A stretch of 64,000 nucleotides of DNA, taken from NCBI GenBank assembly GCA_963664195.1, contig OY760907.1, positions 2,784,001 to 2,848,000 on the forward strand, given 5' to 3'. Under the pieces are notes generated by a model. It was not told the origin of the DNA. It was given only the letters and a program-made list of their open reading frames with translations, and ran no database searches. Each line of letters begins with the position of its first letter. Within the stretch, counting starts at the first letter, position 1. The DNA comes from an uncultured candidate division Zixibacteria bacterium (GTDB lineage: Bacteria; Zixibacteria; MSB-5A5; GN15; FEB-12). Position numbers and translations under genes: made by a program. This document shows positions 29,607-39,134 of the stretch, piece after piece.

Positions 29607-29635
29607 TTGACGCTGGGAGCGCCAGCGGCTATATT
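29607..29635 (+). promoter_or_regulatory. Putative sigma-70 promoter
   Basis: TTGACG-17 nt-TATATT upstream of ATG 29672. Confidence 0.55.
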
Positions 29636-29671
29636 TTCTTTATAGCTAACCGTAACAGTGAACGGGATTAC

Positions 29672-30424
29672 ATGTCGGCAAAAGAGAAGAACAACTCAGT
29701 AATCGCTATCTGCATTCAGGAACCTTCCGAAGATGGTTCCAACATGGATTTCGGCGAGATAAAAGGCGATGACCTTCGGTTCATCCACCAGGCGTTTATC
29801 ACGGATTCGATCTGCTCCGCACTTTCCGTGCCCTCAGCAGACACGCGCCTTTACTACATTGAGAAACCTGACCGGAAACGGCTGGTCGAAATTATCACGG
29901 AGTATCTTGGCAAGAAGCAGTGCTCCGGGAAACTCTCAAAACGGTTCCGGGAGAATTTCTCTTCCCATTCGATGGAGTTTGAACGATGGGGAATCCGTAT
30001 GGAGAATATCTTCGAGGATTGTTTCGCACAGGGCTACAAGAATGTCCTGTTGCTTGGCAGTCGCACTCCGACGGTAACCGCTACCAAGATCAAAGCTGCC
30101 CTGCGCATGCTCGAACAGTCCGACGCCGTTTTCGGCCCGACCCCCGACGGTCGGTACTACTCGATTGGTATGTCCGGCTCCTACCGTATAAAGCTCTCTG
30201 ATTTTGATTGGAAGTCGGGAGCAATTTATTCTGAAGTTGCCGGTGCTTTCACCGAGCAGGGACTCAGTTGGTCGGAGCTGGAAATCTGGTACGCGGTCGA
30301 AAGCGCCGAAGAACTGGAACTGATGGCACGTGACATCAACCAGTTCCGGTTTGAGGGGGACGAAACCTCAGGTCGCGAAACGGAACTCGTTATGGAACGT
30401 CTCATCTCAAAACTGGAGCAGTGA
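29672..30424 (+). CDS. DUF2064/TIGR04282-like GT-A fold protein (degenerate)
   Basis: GIRMENIF, VLLLGSRTPT, VFGPTPDGRYYSIG and W-S motifs resemble the family. Confidence 0.7.
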   Translation: MSAKEKNNSVIAICIQEPSEDGSNMDFGEIKGDDLRFIHQAFITDSICSALSVPSADTRLYYIEKPDRKRLVEIITEYLGKKQCSGKLSKRFRENFSSHSMEFERWGIRMENIFEDCFAQGYKNVLLLGSRTPTVTATKIKAALRMLEQSDAVFGPTPDGRYYSIGMSGSYRIKLSDFDWKSGAIYSEVAGAFTEQGLSWSELEIWYAVESAEELELMARDINQFRFEGDETSGRETELVMERLISKLEQ

Positions 30425-31162
30425 TTGGAACGCCAACTTCAGAGACTGAACTGGATGCACGTCAGGGACCTCGTCCCGGAGAAAATTGATACAATCATAC
30501 TGCCGGTCGGCACTGTCGAAGGACACGGGTCCGCGTGCCTCGGCACCGACAATCTGATCCCGGAGACTATCGCCGAGGGGATAGTCGAAAGACTAAACGC
30601 CCTCATCGCTCCCACGGTCAATTACGGCGTCACCAAATCGCTCGTGCGCTATAACGGCGGGTCGTACATCAAGCCGGAGACGCTGGCATTGTATGTCCGG
30701 GACATACTCGACGCGTTCGTTGATACAGGTTTCAAGAACATCATCTTGCTCAACGGTCACGGCGGCAACAACTCCGCCTTGAAGAACGTTGCGTTTGATT
30801 TCCACCGGGAGCAGAAGTCCAATATCTGCGTGATTCACTGGTGGGAGTTGTGTGACAAGATGACCAGTGAATTCTACGGTCATGACGGCGGGCATGCCGG
30901 AACCAACGAAGCTGCGATGGTGCAGGCGATTGATTTCTCTCTGGTCGACAAAGAGACGTATGACCCCGAGCTGGCCTATTGGTACCGTCCGGGTGCCGAT
31001 GTATATCCGGTGCCTGGCTCGATCCTTCTGTACAAGGAAGGGGAAGGCTATCCTGAATTCGATGAAGACCAGGCCAAGCAGTATCGCGAGAAAGTTGTCG
31101 AGACGGTCGGTGATTTTGCTGAGATGGTGATCGGTCGCTGGAAGAAGTTCGGTTTTCACTGA
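30425..31162 (+). CDS. Creatininase family amidohydrolase
   Basis: LPVGTVEGHG, GTD, NGHGGN, HAGTNE; TTG start abutting the previous stop. Confidence 0.92.
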   Translation: MERQLQRLNWMHVRDLVPEKIDTIILPVGTVEGHGSACLGTDNLIPETIAEGIVERLNALIAPTVNYGVTKSLVRYNGGSYIKPETLALYVRDILDAFVDTGFKNIILLNGHGGNNSALKNVAFDFHREQKSNICVIHWWELCDKMTSEFYGHDGGHAGTNEAAMVQAIDFSLVDKETYDPELAYWYRPGADVYPVPGSILLYKEGEGYPEFDEDQAKQYREKVVETVGDFAEMVIGRWKKFGFH

Positions 31163-31181
31163 GCGGTAGTTGTGAAAGCAC

Positions 31182-31209
31182 AAAACCGGGCGGAATGCCC
31201 GGTTTTTTT
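31182..31209. terminator. Bidirectional terminator between convergent genes
   Basis: AAAACCGGGC-GGAAT-GCCCGGTTTTTTT. Confidence 0.8.
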
Positions 31210-31267
31210 GTGTCTCTGCGGATTGGTGCTGTGGTATGCCGCGAAGCGGGCTGTGTCACTAAGTCGC

Positions 31268-32083
31268 CTAGAACCGGTCGATATACATGATCCGCATGCC
31301 ACGGCCAAACGTATCGTTCTCACGTCGGTTGTTCAGCAGATCCTTGCCGTACAACTCAAGCTCGAGGTTCTCCGCAAACAACCATTTGATCGAGCAGTTC
31401 AGGTAACCACGCCCCTTGCCTGCCACATCCGGAAAGTCGCCGCGGTCATCGTTGAGAGCGGCGTCGTACTCCAGCAGCAGGGCGAGGTTGTAGTTGAAAG
31501 TGGCATCGAAACCGCCGAAGAAGTTGACGTCGTTGTCACCGTCGCCTCCGTCCTCGTCACCCTCGAGCGAGTAGTTCAGGCCAAAGTGCCAGCTCGAGGT
31601 CCACTTGTAAAAATAGAAACTCCGGCTAGCAACTGCGTAGAATCCGCGTGACTTGTACGTGTATCGGTCGTAGTCGTCCCGATAGGCGCCGTAGCCCTGA
31701 TCAGTGAAACCGATAGCGACGGCGGGGAACACTTCCATCTCGTCGATTACGCGCATTTTGATATTGAACCCGATCCTTGGATTCCAATTCGGATCGGCAC
31801 TCGAGAGTACATCTATACCGCCGTAAGCAATGCCCAGCATGAAACGACTCGACAGTCCGATGTCGGTGTTACCCTGCGCACCACCGCCGGGAAACAATCT
31901 CAGTCCGATGTTGAAATAGCCTCGGGGGAGCGTACCGGCCGTGGGAAGGTCGAGCAATTGCCGGGGAGGAATGTCGTAAAGCGTGTGAGTGGCTTCGCCC
32001 GTATCATCCATCTGGGCATACAGGGCGGTCGGCGCTCCAACTGCGAAGAGCAACAGGAACGCTGGAATCAGAATCCGTTTCAT
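31268..32083 (-). CDS. YjbH-like outer-membrane beta-barrel protein
   Basis: Signal peptide, LLDLPTAGTL, amphipathic strands, terminal Phe (IMYIDRF). Confidence 0.65.
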   Translation of the reverse strand: MKRILIPAFLLLFAVGAPTALYAQMDDTGEATHTLYDIPPRQLLDLPTAGTLPRGYFNIGLRLFPGGGAQGNTDIGLSSRFMLGIAYGGIDVLSSADPNWNPRIGFNIKMRVIDEMEVFPAVAIGFTDQGYGAYRDDYDRYTYKSRGFYAVASRSFYFYKWTSSWHFGLNYSLEGDEDGGDGDNDVNFFGGFDATFNYNLALLLEYDAALNDDRGDFPDVAGKGRGYLNCSIKWLFAENLELELYGKDLLNNRRENDTFGRGMRIMYIDRF

Positions 32084-32195
32084 GGTCACATCCGTGTAGT
32101 GGCAGGCGCATAATCGCACAACTGCTCATACAGATTATACTCGGAGGTGGTTTCCCCAGTCAAAATAAAAAGTCTTTGCAGACGGCAGGTCTTCT

Positions 32196-32289
32196 TGTAG
32201 GGTGGAACCCTTTAGCGGTTCCGCCGGAAACAGAGTCCGCCACAGGCGGACTCTGGCAGTTGTCGCAACTACAGGAGCTTCGACCTACA
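32196..32289. repeat. REPIN-like element: two inverted GTAG-type REP palindromes flanking a hairpin
   Basis: TGTAG-GGTGGAACC..GGTTCCGCC; central CAGAGTCCGCC/GGCGGACTCTG; GTCGCAACT..AGCTTCGAC-CTACA. Confidence 0.6.
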
Positions 32290-32377
32290 GCCGCTATCCA
32301 GATCGATGGTTTTCGGGTTGTCTCTTGAGTCGTCGGACGGGGTCGTCCAACGACACACACAAGGGGGTAGACGGTTT

Positions 32378-33229
32378 CTACAACCGCACCAACTCTTTGA
32401 ATCGCTCGGATAGTTGTCGCGTTATCGCCCCCGGTACGAACTCGTACCGATTGGCCCCGTCGGCAATGCATGATACGCCAACGATCAATTTCAGCGAACT
32501 CGATATGAATATCTCGTCGGCATCCAGAAGACCGGCCAGGTTCTCGTCCCTTTCAGTGATATTGATGTCGAGACCTTTGGCTACATCAAGCGTGATCTTA
32601 CGGGTCACGCCTTCGAGACACCCGGCCGAAATCGGCGGCGTGAATACGTTGTCGTCTTTTACCCAGAAGATGTTGGCGGATGTGATCTCGGCGATTTCGT
32701 CATTACCGTTGAGCATGAGAGCGTCATCGAACTGCAGTTGTTTCGCGCGCTTCAACGCCGCCGCGTGGATAGCGTACGAGATGGTTTTGATTCGGCGAAA
32801 CACCGAAGTCTGGTCAATTCGGTAGTCCGACACCAGCAGCCGGAACGGTTCGGTCGGCATCACGTGGGGAGAGGCCGACAGGATCACCTGCGGCTTGCCC
32901 GGTACACCTACCCAGCGGGCGGCTTCGCCGGAGGTTATGGTCAGGCGAAGTTTGGTGATCCGGTCCGGGTGCGCTTTGACCGTGTTGATCATCCACTCTG
33001 TGAGTGTCGCTCTGCTGACCGGGAGTTCGAGATCGATAACATCGGCACCTTTGAAAAGACGGTCGAGGTGCTCGTCGAGGAAAATCACCCGGTCATCGAT
33101 AGCGAGAAACGTTTCGAACAACCCTTCCGCGTAAAGCAGGGCGTTGTCGAATACAGAGATTTTGGCTTCGGATGCAGGGACGGCGAGGCCGTTGATGGTG
33201 GTGACAGTCTTGAGATGACCGGCGGTCAT
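32378..33229 (-). CDS. Class IV PLP aminotransferase (PabC/branched-chain aminotransferase-like)
   Basis: YAEGLFET, HLDRL, KTISY, EITSANIF, LEGVTR; ATGA overlap with pabB. Confidence 0.9.
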   Translation of the reverse strand: MTAGHLKTVTTINGLAVPASEAKISVFDNALLYAEGLFETFLAIDDRVIFLDEHLDRLFKGADVIDLELPVSRATLTEWMINTVKAHPDRITKLRLTITSGEAARWVGVPGKPQVILSASPHVMPTEPFRLLVSDYRIDQTSVFRRIKTISYAIHAAALKRAKQLQFDDALMLNGNDEIAEITSANIFWVKDDNVFTPPISAGCLEGVTRKITLDVAKGLDINITERDENLAGLLDADEIFISSSLKLIVGVSCIADGANRYEFVPGAITRQLSERFKELVRL

Positions 33230-34491
33230 AGGTGAACTCCCACGGCTTTGAAAAGGTTGCGTGCTTTCAGGCACATTTCATTGTACTCAGCCTCGGGATC
33301 GCTGTCAGCAACTATCCCGCCTCCGGCATGGATTTGATAGGTTCCGTCGTTATGTGTCAGGGTGCGTATTGCTATATTGAAATCGGCTCGTCCGCCGCCC
33401 ACGTGACCGATACATCCCGTGTAGACAGAGCGAGGGACGGTTTCCAGTTCGTTTATGATTTCAACCGCTCGTTTTTTCGGCGCTCCCGTGATGGAGCCGC
33501 CGGGGAGCATTGCGGCGAGGATGTCCGTCAACGAGAGACCGGCTTCGATTTGGGCAGACACGTCAGCCATGAGGTGGATCAGCGACGAGTATATCTCGGT
33601 GCGGAACAGGCTGTCAACTGCAACCGATCCGGTCGCTGCAACTCGCCCCAGGTCGTTGCGCACAAGATCGACGATCATGAGCAATTCCGCGCGGTCCTTC
33701 GCCGAGGCCAGTAATCGAGCGCGGTTTGCGGCGGTCTCTTCCGGACTGTTGCCGATGCCTATCGTCCCCTTGATGGGGGTGCTGGTGATCTGCTCGCCAT
33801 TTTTGAGAAGCAATCTCTCCGGCGACGACGACAGGATTTGGTACTTGCCGAAGTTCATGAAGGCACTGTAACAAGCCGGGTTTAGCTCCCGCAGTCGACG
33901 ATAGACAGCGAATGGATCAGCCTTTGATGACACGTCGAATCGACACGTGAAGTTCGCCTGGTAGATGTCACCCTCGTGGATGTGCCATTTGATCCGGTTC
34001 ACTCGTTCGAGATATTCATCACGGGGCATTGATTCAGTTACGGTGCAAGGCGCCGATTCGGCTTTCATATCGCCTGATCCGCAATCCCGTTCAGGGGCGA
34101 ACTCCTGCCAGCGATCATAGACATAGAAGTGTGCGTCGGGGACTGTCGGTGAGTGCGCCCCTGGTTTGACTCCCAGCCAGGGGAGAGCGGCCTCGTACGA
34201 GATGAACCCGACGGCCTTACGGCTCGGGTGCCTGTGGACTGCATCGAGTTCGGCGAAGAACCGATCCCTCTTGTCTTCGGTGATGTGGCCATCGGCAGAG
34301 CGAATTGTCGTGAGATTGTCTCGAAGGATCAGCTCGTTCAACGGATCGGTCGCGATATAGGACGTATGTCCCCAATCACCTCTTGTCTCTGAGGAGTCGA
34401 GCCAGACAGCGCCGGGCTGATCGGTGAAGACCGCGAATGCAGCTTCAGCGGTTTTCCCGCCCGTTTGTGATTTCGCCTTCGTGAATTCCAT
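33226..34491 (-). CDS. pabB: Aminodeoxychorismate synthase component I
   Basis: GDIYQAN, SSPER, PIKGT, KDRAELLMIVDLVRNDL, PGGSITGAPK, NIAIRT. Confidence 0.88.
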   Translation of the reverse strand: MEFTKAKSQTGGKTAEAAFAVFTDQPGAVWLDSSETRGDWGHTSYIATDPLNELILRDNLTTIRSADGHITEDKRDRFFAELDAVHRHPSRKAVGFISYEAALPWLGVKPGAHSPTVPDAHFYVYDRWQEFAPERDCGSGDMKAESAPCTVTESMPRDEYLERVNRIKWHIHEGDIYQANFTCRFDVSSKADPFAVYRRLRELNPACYSAFMNFGKYQILSSSPERLLLKNGEQITSTPIKGTIGIGNSPEETAANRARLLASAKDRAELLMIVDLVRNDLGRVAATGSVAVDSLFRTEIYSSLIHLMADVSAQIEAGLSLTDILAAMLPGGSITGAPKKRAVEIINELETVPRSVYTGCIGHVGGGRADFNIAIRTLTHNDGTYQIHAGGGIVADSDPEAEYNEMCLKARNLFKAVGVHL

Positions 34492-34583
34492 GCTTGGAGC
34501 GCAAGCTACATTGGCTGGCGGCAAAGTCAAGCGTGTTGTCGACTCCGATTGACAATCGACGATTCCTGACCGTTCTTAGGCCG

Positions 34584-35801
34584 ATGGAAGCGCTCAAACT
34601 GATACTGATTCTGGCGGCGATTGTCGTGGCGCTGAGACGTCGGCTCTCGGTAGGAGTCACTCTGTTCGGGGCGGGGTTATTGACCGCGTTGCTGTTCGCG
34701 GTGCCGGTGAAGGATCTACTGGACGGCTATTGGGTGCTTATCAAGTCGGAGCGGTTCATCTTTCTCACTGCGCTGGTAGTGTTTGTTACAATTCTCGGCA
34801 ATCTGCTGAAAGACCTCGGGTTTCTGGACCGTTTGGCGGAGTCTTGTCGAGGGCTGTACGGCGGGTCACGAACGGCGGTCTCCACAATGCCGGGCTTAGT
34901 GGGGTTGATGCCGATGCCGGGCGGATCGCTTCTGTCGGCACCGCTAATCAACAGTGTTCTTCAGGACGAAAAGTACACGCCGCATTTCAAGTGTGCGGTC
35001 AATTACTGGTTTCGGCATCTTGTCGAATTCTCTTGGCCGATCTATGCCGGGCTGGTTCTGACGGAGGCGATAACCGGCATACCCATCGGGCAGGTATCGT
35101 TCCTGCAATTGCCGCTGACCGTGTTTACGTTCCTGATCGGGTTGGTGTTTTATGTCCGCAGGATCGACAACACTTCCGGGGGCCGACCTGCGCTGTTTCG
35201 CCCGCTGTTGGGGATAGCCAAAACGATCTGGCCGGTGGTTTCGGCGATTCTCATACACGCCATTTTCGGCCTCGACCTGATGATCGCGATTGTCATTTCG
35301 ATCGTTGCGCTGGCGATTGTTGCCCGACCCCCGAAGAATGTACTGTTGAAGTCGATTAAGCAGGGCTTCTCGGTTAGTCTGGTTTTTCTGATTTTCGGTA
35401 TTCTCTCATTTCAGACGGTTCTGGAATTGTCCGGAAGTATAGAGTCAATCTCAAACCTGGCCACAGCCTACAACCTGCCGCCGGTGCTGGTCATATTTAT
35501 TGTCATGTTCACTATCGGTGTGCTCACCGGCATGGTTTCAGCTTACGTTGGCCTCGGGTACACGCTGTTGGCCGGACTCTTGTATCAGCCGGAGATTCAG
35601 CCCGGATACATCATGCTGGCGTATCTGTTCGGCTTCATGGGCATGATTCTCTCGCCGACTCATCTCTGTTTGATTCTGACCAACAATTACTTCGGCAGTG
35701 ACCTCGGCTCGGTTCTAAAGACCCTCTTGTTGCCGCTGATCGTGCTTGGTATTAGCGGGTATCTGCTGTATCTGGCCGGTTGGGCAACGCTTTTTGTCTG
35801 A
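34584..35801 (+). CDS. DUF401 family membrane protein (transporter-like)
   Basis: GLMPMPGGSLLSAP, NYWFRH, GMILSPTHLCL. Confidence 0.85.
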   Translation: MEALKLILILAAIVVALRRRLSVGVTLFGAGLLTALLFAVPVKDLLDGYWVLIKSERFIFLTALVVFVTILGNLLKDLGFLDRLAESCRGLYGGSRTAVSTMPGLVGLMPMPGGSLLSAPLINSVLQDEKYTPHFKCAVNYWFRHLVEFSWPIYAGLVLTEAITGIPIGQVSFLQLPLTVFTFLIGLVFYVRRIDNTSGGRPALFRPLLGIAKTIWPVVSAILIHAIFGLDLMIAIVISIVALAIVARPPKNVLLKSIKQGFSVSLVFLIFGILSFQTVLELSGSIESISNLATAYNLPPVLVIFIVMFTIGVLTGMVSAYVGLGYTLLAGLLYQPEIQPGYIMLAYLFGFMGMILSPTHLCLILTNNYFGSDLGSVLKTLLLPLIVLGISGYLLYLAGWATLFV

Positions 35802-35974
35802 TCCCGGGCTGATTCCTTTACTTAAGGCAACACTTCCGGACCTTGGACGAGACCGGCTGTGCCGGTAACGTGTTAATATGGTTTGTGTTACGCCGATAAA
35901 TCAGTTAGACTTAGTTTGGAACTTTCTTGGGCCTTACGGGTACTAACTAAAGAACCAGGAAACAAGGGTAAAGC

Positions 35975-36586
35975 ATGAGTAAGTCAGTCAAGCTAACGGA
36001 CAAAGAGATTGATTTCAGATTGATGAAAGCCATCCAGAAGGGGGACATGGTGGCGTTCAACGAAATGGTTGATCGGTACAAGGACCGGCTCATGAATGTC
36101 ATCGGGCGGATGCTATCCTCTCAGGAAGAGGCCGAAGATATTGTACAGGAGACGTTTGTACGGGTCTATCAGCATCGTCAGTCGTTCAATTTTCAGCACT
36201 GTTTTTCGACCTGGATATACACGATCGGGCTTAATCTTGCCCGCAATGAACTTCGCAAACGGAAAAGATTCAAATTCTACGACATCACTGACATGGAGGG
36301 GAACGAGGCTGAGTTTGCGGTGGACCCCAAACTGCCGAGTCGTCTTCCGGAGTTCTTGAACAAAGCGGTGAATACACTACCGGAGAAATATAAAATGGCA
36401 TTCCTCCTGCGAGATATTGAGGAAATGCCATACGATGAAGTTGCCAATGTTCTCGACGTACCTCTTGGGACCGTGAAGTCCCGCGTCAACAGAGCACGGC
36501 TGATGCTTCGTGATTTGCTAAGTCCGAGGATGGAGGAACAGAATGCGTTGTCGAAAAGTACGCTCCTTGCTCTCAATATATTGTAA
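35975..36586 (+). CDS. ECF RNA polymerase sigma factor (RpoE-like)
   Basis: AEDIVQETF, FSTWIYTI, YDEVANVLDVPLGTVKSRVNRAR. Confidence 0.94.
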   Translation: MSKSVKLTDKEIDFRLMKAIQKGDMVAFNEMVDRYKDRLMNVIGRMLSSQEEAEDIVQETFVRVYQHRQSFNFQHCFSTWIYTIGLNLARNELRKRKRFKFYDITDMEGNEAEFAVDPKLPSRLPEFLNKAVNTLPEKYKMAFLLRDIEEMPYDEVANVLDVPLGTVKSRVNRARLMLRDLLSPRMEEQNALSKSTLLALNIL

Positions 36587-37238
36587 TGAGGAGCTCACTG
36601 GTCGGCAGCAGGTAGCGGTCCGTGAACACCTTGCCGGCTGCAGTGCATGCCGCAGGGAAGCCGCCGCCTTTGCGTCAGTCAGAGAGACCAGTCGGGAGAT
36701 GCCCAGGATGAGTGTCTCTTCCGATTTCAACGCTCAATTACTCAATCGCGTGGCCAGGGAGCGGTTTGCGGAGACGCGGACGCGGGCCTTTCTGCCTACC
36801 AAAGCCCCGCTGGCGAACTGGCGCTTGCTGGTACCGGCGATGGCGTCAGCGGCACTAGTGGTTGTTGTGGCAATCGGTGTGCTCACTCCGGGTCATGAGG
36901 AGTTTTCCGGTACGTTTGCTGTTGCCGGAGATCGTGCTGACGACTCTTATATGACAGTGCAGCCGAAGAACAATCCGAATTTGACTGCCAGCCTTGAGAA
37001 AGACTGGACACTGGGTCGTGTGGTTGCCAGATCTGAGCGTTTCTCGAATATAGCCAATTCTCTGACCGATCTGAGCGGGTTCGGGAATCTCCACCTGACC
37101 AGCCAGATGGCCAATCAGCGTCCGCGCAGTCCGTTCTCGAATCTGAACGGATGGTATCATTTCAGGGCGCAGCCGGTTGTCAGAGTGTATGAGGCCTCCC
37201 GTTCTGTCAGAACCGGGGAGGGTTCAAGGGCGTATTAA
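36543..37238 (+). CDS. Zinc-binding (zf-HC2) membrane anti-sigma factor
   Basis: HLAGCSAC (HxxxCxxC), one TM, directly follows the ECF sigma gene. Confidence 0.88.
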   Translation: MRCRKVRSLLSIYCNEELTGRQQVAVREHLAGCSACRREAAAFASVRETSREMPRMSVSSDFNAQLLNRVARERFAETRTRAFLPTKAPLANWRLLVPAMASAALVVVVAIGVLTPGHEEFSGTFAVAGDRADDSYMTVQPKNNPNLTASLEKDWTLGRVVARSERFSNIANSLTDLSGFGNLHLTSQMANQRPRSPFSNLNGWYHFRAQPVVRVYEASRSVRTGEGSRAY

Positions 37239-37239
37239 C

Positions 37240-38421
37240 ATGCTAACTCCCGTTTGGATGGCCGCCAGAGGGTTTGTCTTTGCAATCTTGATGGCGGTCT
37301 TTTTTTTCCCATGTGCACGGGCCGGTGATGGCTCGCTCTACGATTTCGAACTTAATCTTAACGATCTTATCTACGATCTGTCACGCTCGGTCGTGACCGT
37401 GGAGGCGTCACACGCTGTCCCTGCCGGACGAATAGGCAGTCGGGGCGATGACGTCCTCGAAAGCGTGATATCTTCGGGCATCGTTGTCGATACTCTCGGT
37501 CACATACTGGTGGCCGCCCAGACGGTGGTCGGACGGGAGCGCATCACCGTCACATATTTCGATCGAGTGACCTCGGCCAGAATACTTGCCGTCGACTATC
37601 AGACCGAAACGGCGCTGCTGGCGTGTCGACATCAGGGCGGCCGTCCGGTTCGATTCTCCGCGATGCATACTTGTGCCGGGCAGATGGTGGTTGCTATCGG
37701 CAACTCTTTCGGCATACGTTCGGCCCCTTCGCTCGGTTTCTGTGCCGGAGTGAGGGATGACGGCATGATGCAGTTTTCGGTGCCAGTTCCTTCGGGTGCC
37801 GTCGGGGGAGGAGTCTTTGATCTTTCCGGCGAGTTGCTCGGGGTTATCACCGGCGGTCTCGGTCAGGAGACCAGTGTGACCATGGCGCTGCCGGGACATC
37901 GCATCCCGGGGATTCTCGATCACTTGCTTGCCGAAGGGGACCGTGAGTCCGGTTTTGTAGGTATCACTACTCAGGAAATCGAAATCAGTCCGGGCATCCA
38001 ACTGTCGTATCCAAACTCGCTGGCCGGGGCGAAGGCTTCGGCTATTGACGTGATCGAGCGTGCCGTTGTTGTCACCTCGATCGTGCCGTCCTCTCCCGCT
38101 CAACGGGCGGGATTGGTTCTGGGGGATTTGATCTTTGCGTTCGATGACATAGCGGTTAACTCGGCGGCAGGTCTGGCCAGCCTGGTGCGTCAGACGCCTC
38201 CCGGACGTCGAGTGACGGTGGAATTGATACGGCAGAATCAATATCAGGCTCTGTCGCTCGATATCGGTCGCAAGGGAATGCAGAACATGTCGTCAACCGG
38301 CACCGTGAGAGTGAACGCAGCTTACAACGAACCAGCCCTGGCCGACTCTCTGCGCATGGTGATTCGCCAGATGAAGGATGATATCATTCGTCTGGAGCGA
38401 CAATTGGACCGACTCGACTAA
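37240..38421 (+). CDS. HtrA/DegP-like trypsin-PDZ protein lacking the catalytic triad
   Basis: SVVTV, SGIVVD..GHIL, GQMVVAIGN, PDZ (SPAQRAGL..GDLI). All three triad residues substituted. Confidence 0.8.
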   Translation: MLTPVWMAARGFVFAILMAVFFFPCARAGDGSLYDFELNLNDLIYDLSRSVVTVEASHAVPAGRIGSRGDDVLESVISSGIVVDTLGHILVAAQTVVGRERITVTYFDRVTSARILAVDYQTETALLACRHQGGRPVRFSAMHTCAGQMVVAIGNSFGIRSAPSLGFCAGVRDDGMMQFSVPVPSGAVGGGVFDLSGELLGVITGGLGQETSVTMALPGHRIPGILDHLLAEGDRESGFVGITTQEIEISPGIQLSYPNSLAGAKASAIDVIERAVVVTSIVPSSPAQRAGLVLGDLIFAFDDIAVNSAAGLASLVRQTPPGRRVTVELIRQNQYQALSLDIGRKGMQNMSSTGTVRVNAAYNEPALADSLRMVIRQMKDDIIRLERQLDRLD

Positions 38422-38465
38422 GTTTAGGATTGCCAACAGCATGGGAAGGTCCTTACATTCCCGCC

Positions 38466-39134
38466 ATGAACCTCAGCCTGGAAATCGACGGCTTCCGCGA
38501 ACGCGTTGAGACCTTCGCCCCGCAATCAGACATCACGCCTCGAATTCTGGCCTTCTATTCTGCTTCGATAGCAATTTCCGATCAGGAGATCATGTCCGCC
38601 GTCATATCGCTCGCGCGCCGCCGTGAGGTCACGCAGGATCAGTTATATGAGGTCGTTCTTCAGTCATACCTGTTCCTCGGGTTTCCCCGGATGCTGATGG
38701 CGGCGGATTGTCTCGCCTCAGTCACGGGTGACAAGCGTTTACCACTCTCAGAGCTGGTGGTATCGGGAGAACAGGCGACGAACTGGTCCGGACGCGGCAT
38801 TGAGCTGTGTAAGAAGGTGTACGACAACAACTACGTCAGGCTCAAGTCGCGCGTCGAGGTTATGGCACCAGAGATTTTCCAATGGATGATTTTCGAGGGG
38901 TACGGCAAGGTTCTGTCCCGACCGGGGTTGGACATTGTCAGCCGTGAGATGTGTATTGTCTCCTGTCTGACGATTGAGGACATGCCCTCACAGCTGCATT
39001 CCCATATGCGCGGTGCGCTGAACGTGGGTGCTCCCGAGAGTCTGCTCAGACAGGTGATAGAAGACGTCGGCGAGTCGGCCGGTCACGGGTATGCGACTGC
39101 GCAGAACATACTCGGCAAACTGGGAGTGGTGTGA
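38466..39134 (+). CDS. Carboxymuconolactone decarboxylase (AhpD-like) family protein
   Basis: YGKVLSRPGLD..SRE, QLHSHMRGALNVG. Confidence 0.8.
   Translation: MNLSLEIDGFRERVETFAPQSDITPRILAFYSASIAISDQEIMSAVISLARRREVTQDQLYEVVLQSYLFLGFPRMLMAADCLASVTGDKRLPLSELVVSGEQATNWSGRGIELCKKVYDNNYVRLKSRVEVMAPEIFQWMIFEGYGKVLSRPGLDIVSREMCIVSCLTIEDMPSQLHSHMRGALNVGAPESLLRQVIEDVGESAGHGYATAQNILGKLGVV

Noticed and set aside
31172..31651. 159-aa plus-strand ORF and similar overlapping ORFs opposite housekeeping genes
   Set aside because: Antisense to better-supported genes, and this one crosses a terminator.
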